A stretch of DNA of 64,000 bases from Epiperipatus broadwayi (Eukaryota > Animalia > Onychophora). The notes beneath the pieces are model-generated. The model had not been told where the DNA came from. It did no database searches and worked only from the letters and a program-made list of their open reading frames with translations. This document shows positions 43,105 through 53,159 of this stretch, one piece after another (within the stretch, counting starts at the first letter, position 1; every line of letters begins with the position of its first letter). The stretch spans positions 8,680,001 through 8,744,000 of the forward strand of contig JAQFVV010000006.1 of the NCBI GenBank assembly GCA_028023455.1, in the 5' to 3' direction. A program made the position numbers and the translations under genes.

Positions 43105-43180
43105 AGCATCAGAGCGAACCCGTTAACCCGGGACAACTGCTTGTAAAGCAGCTGCCCTCACGACCACCAATGTTTGACAA
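43105..43180 (-). repeat. tRNA-like/SINE head remnant (possible)
   Basis: Minus strand reads CTGCTTTACAAGCAG (anticodon-arm-like hairpin) followed by GTCCCGGGTT...GGTTCG; no complete cloverleaf. Confidence 0.3.
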
Positions 43181-44987
43181 TAATCGCTACTGATTTATAA
43201 CTAGTTAACAATCTAAAAAAACTTTTCTCTCTTATATAAAAATCTACTTCTCATATGTTCCATTCATTTAGAATCATATTATCAACTATATTTTTTATTA
43301 AAACACTTAAACTATGGCTTTTATATGTGTTCATAACTACTAACATTTCAGATGCCATCGGATATAACCTCTTGCTTTTAACTTCCATTTGCTTTTTAAA
43401 ACAACTTTATTTTATAATCTGTACATTTTTTCTGTCTTTTACACTTTATATTTTTCTTTATAGTCATCTGTTTTTCGTAATTTTTAAAATCATTTTTCAT
43501 AACTGTTTTCAAGATACTATTAAATTTACCAAACTCAATTTTATTGCTTGTTTCTCACCCATCCTTATCAACCTTCCTAAAAATTTGATTATGTAGTCTT
43601 TCACATCATGTAAAATTATAATTATTACTACATTTTTTTCTTTCTCAAGATATTGGGGTTTTTTTTGCCCTTTGCATGCCCACTTAAATGAGTGCCATCA
43701 TGTATTATTTTTGTAAATCATTTTTCATCTTGTACCCTCATTTAGTCATGCAGTTGCTTTTTTTTAATAACTGAATTAGTTTATTATGTATTTTTTTTTG
43801 TTGTTGTTAATGTCTAAATATGTACGAATATTTGTTAAGTTGTATATCGTATAGAGTTCACTATTATCCATGGAAATTTTGTAATCAATTAGCTATAGAT
43901 ACATAATTACTATTGCATTTCGTTTCTTCTAAGAGCTCTCTTCACTCTATTTTCGAGTCTTTTAATGCAAGTTTAAATGATCAATGGACAACTATTTCCA
44001 AACCAGTTTCTTTTATTTTTGAAAAGGTTTAAGCATTTAATAGCCATCTCTTTACTTTTTTATATTATCTAAGTTAATGTTATACAGATCTGATGATGAG
44101 TCTGTTCTTTTTTTCATTACTTCTAATCAAAAGGCGAAAATAGTCGCTAAACAAATGCCATCCATCAAAAATGCCACTTCCATAGTAAAGAAGATATAAT
44201 AAAGAATAGACTAGGCAATCATTTTGGTTCCCAATCATTTATTCTCAGTGAAAATTAAAGAAAAAATGTACATATTGCATAAACATTTCTTAACAAAAAA
44301 TAACTACTACTTAATGAACCAATGTCAAAAAAGCAGCAATCCCCCCCGAGACAAAGGCAATATACTAATAATAGAAGGAATATGAAAATATTTTAAAACC
44401 AATCATTTGAAATTGAATGTCTCTGGAATTAACATAAAAATAACATGAAAAAAAATTTATATATATGATTTCTTGTGTAAATTATATATCTTATTATTAT
44501 GGGTGATAAAATCCATATCGTAGATATCGAACAAGACTAAAGTTTTAATGAAGATGAAAAATTTATTGTTAAAAATAATAATACTTAAAACAGAAGAAAA
44601 CGGAAAATACCTTTTTCCTTTTCGTTTTTTATGTTGTACTAATCCTTCGAAATCAAATAAAATGTTATAAAAACATATTTATAAACAACAAAACATAACA
44701 CTTATATTAATTATATAAAAAGCCTTTTTCGGCAAATTTATTTTTTGCCCTTTTCAAACATGTCTTCCAAAAATACTACGACTACATATACATAGCGACA
44801 TCTATGTTAATACATGATAAGTAAAAAATAAAAGACAAAAGAATAAAAGAAATATACAATTAGTATAAACAATTCATATAGAACAGCTGAAACTGAATTG
44901 GACAGCCTATATTATCATATAACTTATACAACTCTACTATAATTTAAATCTTCATTTCGTAAAATGCATTCCAAACAATCATCCACA

Positions 44988-45420
44988 TCAGCTATCTATC
45001 CATTCTTTTTTCATCAACCATTTATTATTCATTCCAATAGACGCCTTATATATATTCATACAATTAGTTTTATTATACATAATATAATTTGTTTCATATA
45101 ATCTGCGTCTATTAACATCTTTTATATAATTTAAAGCCCTTATACTATCAGTACAATTAATTTTATGTCCAGTTTGCAAATAATGAACATATAATGCTGA
45201 CTTATCATCTTTCCTATCGATAGCACCATTATGTTCCTTAGCTCTTTCGCTCAATTGCTTTGCTGTCTGCCCATAATAAACCATATTACAAAATTTACAA
45301 GTAATTTTATAAACCATTCCCCTTTTATATTGTATCTCATCTATTAACCTATAATTAGTTATTAACTTATCTAAATTTCTACTATTGGCCCATCCCACAT
45401 TAATATTTTCATCCAAATAT
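44988..45420 (-). CDS. PLE GIY-YIG endonuclease, left arm (out of frame with RT)
   Basis: GMVYKITCKFCNMVYYGQTAKQLSERAKEH...ALYVHYLQTGH...RRRLYETNYI: GIY-YIG with the PLE-type CxxC and His residues. Confidence 0.92.
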
Positions 45421-47146
45421 TTTTTCCTTTTTTTTACATAAAATTTTGTATACATTAGGTAAATATGAAATTTTAATCCATTTCTTCTTATCTTTATTAT
45501 CATTTCTCTTATTTCTCTTTTTATAATTTCCTATAAAAATACTATTAATATGTCTTATCCCATATCCGCATTTTACATAATCTTGTTTAAATTTTTCTTT
45601 TTGCAATTTAGCAAAATTTCTATCAGTGTTAAATTTATCATTTTTATATTTAAAATTCTTTATTACATTCATCTTTTGTATCCATGGCTGCCTTGAATCA
45701 ATTGGTATAATTTTTCTCAATTTATCATCTTTAACAAAATGCCTAATCACAATATTTCCATCTTGACTCAAAAACATCTCAATATCTAGATATCTAATCT
45801 CATTATCAATTTCCTTCATAGTAAAACGGATATTATCCGCATTATTATTAAACTTCCTAAATAATTTATGTACTATCCTTCTATTCCCTATTACTAAACT
45901 ATCATCGACATATCTAACGTAATATATTACTTCTTTTTTAATTATACTTCTTGTTATAATATTGTTTTCCATATCATTAATAAAAACCGATGCCATTAAC
46001 CCACTAATTGCACATCCCATTACCCATCCCTTATTTATTTCCCAAAATTGATTATTATATTTAAAAAACAAACTGTTATTTATCAAAATTAAACTTTCCT
46101 TTATTATATTAATAATGTTATCATCAGTAATGTGTAGCGATAATGCCTTTATTACTACATCGATACTTTTCAATCTAGGAATACTAGGATACATTGACTC
46201 TATATCCATCACAAAAATACTATGATTTCTATTTACTTTCAACTTATTCAATTCATCAATAATGGCCTCTGTATTTTTTATACAATACTGCCCATAACCA
46301 ATCACATTAGCTATCCACCCGTTCAAATATTTACAAAATTTATTCAATATAAAATCACTAAAATTGAATAGTAATCTTAACGGGTTACCTTCTTTATGTG
46401 TCTTAATCTTACCAAATATATATGGATTCTCATATGACCTAGGATACAAACAATTATACTTCCCATCATCAATAAATCTACAAATTTTCATCTTTTTTAA
46501 TAAATTTACATATTTAGTCTTTATCATATTTGTAGGGTCTTTAGACAATCCAATATATCCCTCTTTTTTTATTACCAGATCTATTTTATCATGATAATCC
46601 CTATTATATATCACAACAAAACGACAACCTTTATCTTCTTTACATATTGTTAATTTATACACATTACATACATTCTTAATTTCATCTATTATTCTTCTGT
46701 AGTTATAATCTCTAACAGATATATCAAGTTCATATAAATGACTATTCAAAACACAATGCAGTTTCTTTTTTTCCTCATATGATATATGTGCCAATTCAAT
46801 ATCCGTGGTTATTTTTTTCTTTATATCTTTGTCTATAAATGGAATAAAAAATGGATTTTTATTCAATAAAATACTTTGTTCAGTTGAAAATTTATAATCC
46901 GTTAAATTTATATAATTATTCGAATTTAGATTTATACATTCCCTGTATTTACTATCCAACTTCCGGACATTATCACTTCTATATGATCTTGTATAATTAA
47001 ATTTTTTAAAAAACCATTCCCATTTTTTAGCGTATTTAATATTAATTTTATAATTCCATTTATTACGGTAATTATTTAGAAAACTTTTGAAAGTATCCCA
47101 AACCTTTATCACTTTCAAAATTGATTTTACTGTTTTATGTAAACTT
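45409..47146 (-). CDS. PLE reverse transcriptase, left arm (uninterrupted; no true start codon)
   Basis: PLE-type motifs NLTDYKFSTEQSILLNKNPFFIP, FGKIKTHKEGNPLR, DIESMYPSIP, GWVMG..ISG, YVRYVDD and YLDI in ORF 45409..47208. Confidence 0.93.
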
Positions 47147-47148
47147 TT

Positions 47149-49301
47149 AAGTTTACATAAAACAGTAAAATCAATTTTGAAAGTGATAAAGGTTTGGGAT
47201 ACTTTCAAAAGTTTTCTAAATAATTACCGTAATAAATGGAATTATAAAATTAATATCAAATACGCTAAAAAATGGGAATGGTTTTTTAAAAAATTTAATT
47301 ATACAAGATCATATAGAAGTGATAATGTCCGGAAGTTGGATAGTAAATACAGGGAATGTATAAATCTAAATTCGAATAATTATATAAATTTAACGGATTA
47401 TAAATTTTCAACTGAACAAAGTATTTTATTGAATAAAAATCCATTTTTTATTCCATTTATAGACAAAGATATAAAGAAAAAAATAACCACGGATATTGAA
47501 TTGGCACATATATCATATGAGGAAAAAAAGAAACTGCATTGTGTTTTGAATAGTCATTTATATGAACTTGATATATCTGTTAGAGATTATAACTACAGAA
47601 GAATAATAGATGAAATTAAGAATGTATGTAATGTGTATAAATTAACAATATGTAAAGAAGATAAAGGTTGTCGCTCTTCCGATATATAATAGGGATTATC
47701 ATGATAAAATAGATCTGGTAATAAAAAAAGAGGGATATATTGGATTGTCTAAAGACCCTACAAATATGATAAAGACTAAATATGTAAATTTGTTAAAAAA
47801 GATGAAAATTTGTGGATTTATTGAAAATGGGAAGTATAATTGTTTATATCCTAGGTCATATGAGAATCCATATATATTTGGTAAGATTAAGACACATAAA
47901 GAAGGTAACCCTTTAAGATTACTATTCAATTTTAGTGATTTTATATTGAATAAATTTTGTAAATATTTGAGCGGGTGGATAGCTAATGTGATTGGTTATG
48001 GGCAGTATTGTATAAAAAATACAGAGGCCATTATTGATGAATTGAATAAGTTGAAAGTAAATAGAAATCATAGTATTTTTGTGATGGATATAGAGTCAAT
48101 GTATCCTAGTATTCCTAGATTGAAAAGTATCGATGTAGTAATAAAGGCATTATCGCTACACATTACTGATGATAACATTATTAATATAATAAAGGAAAGT
48201 TTAATTTTGATAAATAACAGTTTGTTTTTTAAATATAATAATCAATTTTGGGAAATAAATAAGGGATGGGTAATGGGATGTGCAATTAGTGGGTTAATGG
48301 CATCGGTTTTTATTAATGATATGGAAAACAATATTATAACAAGAAGTATAATTAAAAAAGAAGTAATATATTACGTTAGATATGTCGATGATAGTTTAGT
48401 AATAGGGAATAGAAGGATAGTACATAAATTATTTAGGAAGTTTAATAATAATGCGGATAATATCCGTTTTACTATGAAGGAAATTGATAATGAGATTAGA
48501 TATCTAGATATTGAGATGTTTTTGAGTCAAGATGGAAATATTGTGATTAGGCATTTTGTTAAAGATGATAAATTGAGAAAAATTATACCAATTGATTCAA
48601 GGCAGCCATGGATACAAAAGATGAATGTAATAAAGAATTTTAAATATAAAAATGATAAATTTAACACTGATAGAAATTTTGCTAAATTGCAAAAAGAAAA
48701 ATTTAAACAAGATTATGTAAAATGCGGATATGGGATAAGACATATTAATAGTATCTTTATAGGAAATTATAAAAAGAGAAATAAGAGAATTGATAATAAA
48801 GATAAGAAGAAATGGATTAAAATTTCATATTTACCTAATGTATACAAAATTTTATGTAAAAAAGGAAAAATATTTGGATGAAAATATTAATGTGGGATGG
48901 CCAATAGTAGAAATTTAGATAAGTTAATAACTAATTATAGGTTAATAGATGAGATACAATATAAAAGGGGAATGGTTTATAAAATTACTTGTAAATTTTG
49001 TAATATGGTTTATTATGGGCAGACAGCAAAGCAATTGAGCGAAAGAGCTAAGGAACATAATGGTGCTATCGATCCGAAAGATGATAAGTCAGCATTATAT
49101 GTTCATTATTTGCAAACTGGACATAAAATTAATTGTACTGATAGTATAAGGGCTTTAAATTATATAAAAGATGTTAATAGACGCAGATTATATGAAACAA
49201 ATTATATTATGTATAATAAAACTAATTGTATGAATATATATAAGGCGTCTATTGGAATGAATAATAAATGGTTGATGAAAAAAGAATGGATAGATAGCTG
49301 A
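47149..49301 (+). pseudogene. PLE RT + GIY-YIG, right arm, frameshifted
   Basis: ORFs 47087..47689, 47745..48881 and 48897..49301 mirror the left arm. There is a 9-nt to 7-nt replacement near 47675, an A-run frame offset at ~48858-48870, and a missing G near 48900. Confidence 0.92.
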
Positions 49302-49526
49302 TGTGGATGATTGTTTGGAATGCAATTACGAAATGAAGATTTAAATTATAGTAGAGTTGTATAAGTTATATGATAATATAGGCTGTCCAATTCAGTTTCA
49401 GCTGTTCTATATGAATTGTTTATACTAATTGTATATTTCTTTTATTCTTTTGTCTTTTATTTTTTAATTATCATGTATTAACATAGATGTCGCTATGTAT
49501 ATGTAGTCGTAGTAATTTTGGAAGAC

Positions 49527-49575
49527 ATGTTTGAAAAGGGCAAAAAATAAATTTGCCGAAAAAGGCTTTTTATAT
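49527..49575 (+). ncRNA. Candidate U3-A8 variant hammerhead in the PLE 3' UTR (mirror copy 44713-44761, minus strand)
   Basis: ATGT-TTGAAAA-GGGCAAA(AAATAAA)TTTGCC-GAAA-AAGGCTTTT-T-ATAT. Six-bp stem II directly before GAAA, and a wobble-palindromic helix III. Stem I is weak (4 bp) and the cleavage triplet is UUU. Confidence 0.45.
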
Positions 49576-50221
49576 AATTAATATAAGTGTTGTGTTTTGT
49601 TGTTTATAAATATGTTTTTATAACATTTTATTTGATGTTAAAAATAAATAAATAAAAGCATGCGTTAGCTCACCTTCTCATAACTCACAAAGCTGATCTT
49701 TTTTTTATTCAATTATATACGATTTTTTAATTCAATCATGTATGAAAGGCACCATCTTCCACTGAGATTTATTTATCAAATTCAGTCTACATTAGAAATC
49801 TGTCAATTGTGGTTCATTTGTCATGTATGTTGTAAATTGAAGTTGCATAAATTCAATACTTGATATTACCTAAAAAATAATCCAATCTTTTGGAAAATCG
49901 TGTGACGTTTGAGCATTAGATGTAATAGGGTAAAGTTGAACCAAGAACTTATGCTGTTATGCTAAACAGTGCAAGCAATTAGTGCAATTTTTTAAAAAAA
50001 CATGCAGTTGTTTTGCATTAGTAATCATTTCCACTCATAGTTTCATTGAGCCCTAAGGGAAGATTCCGATATTTGGTGAAAATCTGGTTTACAAAATGTC
50101 ATACATATAAAAACTAAAATATGTTGCTATGTTGCCCATTCGTTTATGCTAACCACTTCTTATTTTTTCAGATTTTGACAAGATTAAACAGAAATAATGT
50201 AATAAAGTTGAATATTTGTAA

Positions 50222-50870
50222 TACAGGCATTCTTTATAGTCCTGAGCTCTGTTGTAAATATAAGGGATTTGAACATAGACTTTCAAGCTCCCTTCAACCA
50301 TCCACACTATCTCATACCATGACCACACTCATAATAGAAAAGATAAATAATCACCAATATATGCATTTCTTGCTGAACCATTACGCATCACTTGGTCCAG
50401 ATTATCATTTCCCTCACATATATTAAGATATTATACTTTAAACCTGCAATCCCTCTTCTATGTATTTAAATGGATATGGTCCTATACATGAGGGGTCAGG
50501 GTGACTTGAGGTCAACATGAGTATAACAATAATATTAGCAACAGCATGATTTTGGGCTTTCCATCATCAGATGTTCAATGGTATGGATGGCTCAAGAGTT
50601 GGAGATTGGAGTTGAAGCCTGTCCATTAAAGTGTGAAGATTTGCTATCTTAATGTAAACTGAGCACTGATTATATATCTGTGTGGGAGATGATAATCTGG
50701 GTTAGTTGATGAGTGCTGGTTCAGCACAATACATATATTGGTGATTATTATTTCTACATGTGTGTGGTCATGGGTATCAGCGGTATGAGATAGTGTGGGT
50801 AATTGAAGAGTGCTTGAAAGTCTATGTTCAAATCTCTTATATTCATAATGAAGTTGAATGTTCATATTAT
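50222..50870. mobile_element. Family B inverted, permuted pair (antisense 50222-50425, sense 50440-50870), HHRs degenerate
   Basis: The arms are reverse complements. The sense HHR at 50692-50748 reads TTGATGA-GTGCTG(GTT)CAGCAC-AATACATATA-TTGGT. Confidence 0.8.
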
Positions 50871-51489
50871 AATGCAAATAAACCATATCTGTCTTTGCCT
50901 ACTATATTAACAGTGTTGATAACTTTTTAATAGAAATATGTTGAATTCTATTAGAGTAGAAATAAACTTGTAATGGAAAATTGGGATAAAAATTCAGCAA
51001 TGGTGTTTTGATTGCAAGCGGATAATTTTTGTTGAATGGACTTGGTTATGCTCTCAACTCAAACTTGCATTTCCTCTTTTATATTTTGTAATGCTGTGTG
51101 TGTAGTTTTATCTTTAAAGTAATCTTGTTACATACACCTTCACATCATACCGAGATTATTACTAATGTTTTATACATGATATATTTTAGTTGTATATGGG
51201 TTTTTGAAAAATTAAATATAATATGAAATTTTATTACTGATAATTTTTTTTATCAGAATTATTGTTTATCTTGCTTTAAGTGGCATGACTAATTTATTTC
51301 AAATTATTTTCCTAGTGTTGCTTAGATAATTTTTTATAATAATAAAAAAGAGAGAGAGAATTTAGTTTCTGTTTACTGACCTAAGTGATTTAATTTGTAG
51401 ATAGATTTATTTGTATGTTATTTAATCTGTAGATAGATTTATTTGTATTTTTTTCAATAAATAAGGGAAAGCATTATCTACTTTTTTAG

Positions 51490-51612
51490 ATGGCTGTGAA
51501 GCCTGCTACGCAGCATTGGAACATGGAAAGCAAGCAGCAGATAATTGTAGTTCTGCAAAGTTGGACGAATCCATAAAGAATACTTACTTACATAAATGGC
51601 CTCTTATACCAG
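51490..51612 (+). CDS. MED13: MED13 internal exon (DGCEACYAALEHGKQAADN...LHKW)
   Basis: TTTTAG/GTAATT boundaries; matches the MED13 C..CY.ALEHG(R/K)Q..DN motif; 2+120+1 nt. Confidence 0.95.
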
Positions 51613-51692
51613 GTAATTGCATTTTTTGTGTGTTGTAATCTTTTAAATATATGAATTATCATTTCATTTAGTTATTTATGTAGCTACAAATA

Positions 51693-51940
51693 TACAGAGA
51701 CAAAACTCTCCATATAGTAGCGCCACTCAGTGCAAGCCAGAGTGCCTACTTATCCAATATTCCCAGATTAGTTTCTAGCTTGTGACCATCATCAGTTAGG
51801 AGCCTTGGATCTGAGAGTACTGCACCTAGATCTTAGGATCTAGATGCAACCTTCCAGCCGTCACCTTTTGCCGTTTTAGCTAACTATAAAGCTTTGAGTC
51901 CAAAGTGAAAAGACGATAATGTTTTCAAGCTAAGTTCAGT
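51693..51940 (-). mobile_element. Family A solo copy (internal deletion; core intact, site AUC)
   Basis: Minus strand reads TCCTAA-CTGATGA-TGGTCACAAGCTA-GAAACTAATC-TGGGAA. Confidence 0.85.
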
Positions 51941-52446
51941 TGTCTTGATCTGAATTCAGTTCGGCATCCATATTTTTTGGCATCTTTGGTTTTTTAAAAA
52001 ACAGCTTGCATAAGCATAAAGAATGGTGATCATCCATAAATATATTATTTTTAAAATTTTTTTTATAAAAGTCAAAATGAAAATATAATTAATTTCACTA
52101 GCTATTTATAAAAAATTTTTTTAAAGAACTCCCAGTTCAAAAGCATCAATATTTTTTCTATTCTTATTCAATTTTTTATATCCATAATGTGTCATAATAA
52201 ATATCTAAGCTTTGAACTATTCTGATCTGCTTATCCCTATATCTAAAAAAAAAAAAAAATTGTGTCCATATTATTCATGGGAAAATGCTCTGTTGTAAAT
52301 AAGTACTTTAAATTTCTTGGCGACTGGATCTTTAGTTGTTAGTGAATCTTCCAGGAGATAAAAATTGTTAAATATATTTGTACAACCTTTATCAAATCAG
52401 CACCTATTTCTTATTATAATTTTAGTGCACAACCTCACAGTTTTCT

Positions 52447-52750
52447 AAAACAGGCAAAAACTCTCTATATAGTATTGCCACTCAGTGCAAGCCAGAGTAA
52501 TCATTGAATGCCAGAAGACTTATGCATAAAATCCCCCGTCTAGTGCCTAGTCATCCAATATCCCCAGACTAGTTTCTGGCTTGTGACCTTCATCAGTGAG
52601 GAGCCTTGGATCTGAGAGCACTGTACCTAGATCTTAGGATCTAATGCAACCCTCCAGCAGCCACTTTTTATCTCTACTTAACTACAAAACTATGAGTCTT
52701 AAATTGAAAACAATATTTTCAATCCTAGCTCATTAGCTTATATAGTCATA
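52447..52750 (-). mobile_element. Family A solo copy, most intact
   Basis: Full alignment with 1461-1766; contains the intact HHR at 52553-52611. Confidence 0.88.
52553..52611 (-). ncRNA. Type I hammerhead ribozyme candidate, family A (best copy)
   Basis: Minus strand reads ATCCAA-GGC-TCCTCA-CTGATGA-A-GGT(CACAA)GCC-A-GAAA-C(TA)GT-C-TGGGGA-TA-TTGGAT. Intact core, palindromic helix III ACTAGT, GUC site, extended stem I; A.A at the base of stem II. Confidence 0.75.
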
Positions 52751-52994
52751 TAGGTCTGAACTCAGTTCAGTACTTATACGTTTTGGTGCTCTTTGTTTCT
52801 TTAATAACCACTATCCTATTAGGCAAAGTGGATGGATGAAAATTATTTGAAAAAAAAACTTTAATTTGAAAATGGTAAAATTGTTTTTGCTTCTTCTCTA
52901 TCTTATGTATATGTGAGATATTATTATATATATATTTATTTATTTTTTTATTTAATAATTTTTTAATTATTACCATTATTTTTTTTTTTGGTAG

Positions 52995-53159
52995 CAAAAA
53001 TTCCAACAAACAGTCAAGATGTTGTTCGGATGTTAAAGTCTTTGCAACCCTTACTGCAAGATGCAATACAAAAGAAGCGTACTATGAGGTTATGGGATGC
53101 TACTTATACGGTATCTGGACCTCTTACTTGGAGGCAGTTTCATCGACTGGCAGGTCGCA
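52995..53159 (+). CDS. MED13: MED13 internal exon ([24 protein letters not shown]...[14 protein letters not shown])
   Basis: ORF 52988..53185; AG at 52993-94, GTAAGT at 53160; strongly conserved MED13 motif. Confidence 0.97.

Larger units (their letters stand above)
44652..49636. mobile_element. Head-to-head inverted duplication (~5 kb palindrome) of a 5'-truncated Penelope-like element
   Basis: Left arm 44652-47146 is the reverse complement of right arm 47149-49636, with a 2-nt TT centre (ATGTAAACTT-TT-AAGTTTACAT). The match ends at ...TTATTTGAT on both sides and the outer flanks are unrelated. No target-site duplication (TSD) seen. Confidence 0.95.

Noticed and set aside
47087-47208. N-terminal MKVSQTFITFKIDFTVLCKL of the 599-aa and 200-aa ORFs as a real start
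   Set aside because: It is read-through of the opposite palindrome arm across the fold-back centre, starting at a TTG; not part of the element's native ORF.
46364-47929. 76-aa ORFs at 46364..46594 (+) and 47699..47929 (-)
   Set aside because: Antisense shadows of the PLE RT; they look duplicated only because of the palindrome.
49301-49350. CTGATGT...CGAAAT directly after the PLE stop codon as a hammerhead
   Set aside because: Core position A9 is T, and I could not find a stem I pairing.
50560-50580. CTGATGATGGAAA (minus strand; related sequence at 14854) as an HHR
   Set aside because: No room for stem II and no stem I or helix III; a chance match within family B segment X.
15507-50886. Similar short ORFs (15507..15740, 50121..50426, 50644..50886) as a small protein family
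   Set aside because: They derive from the antisense strand of repeat family B, have inconsistent starts and stops, and show no recognisable domain.
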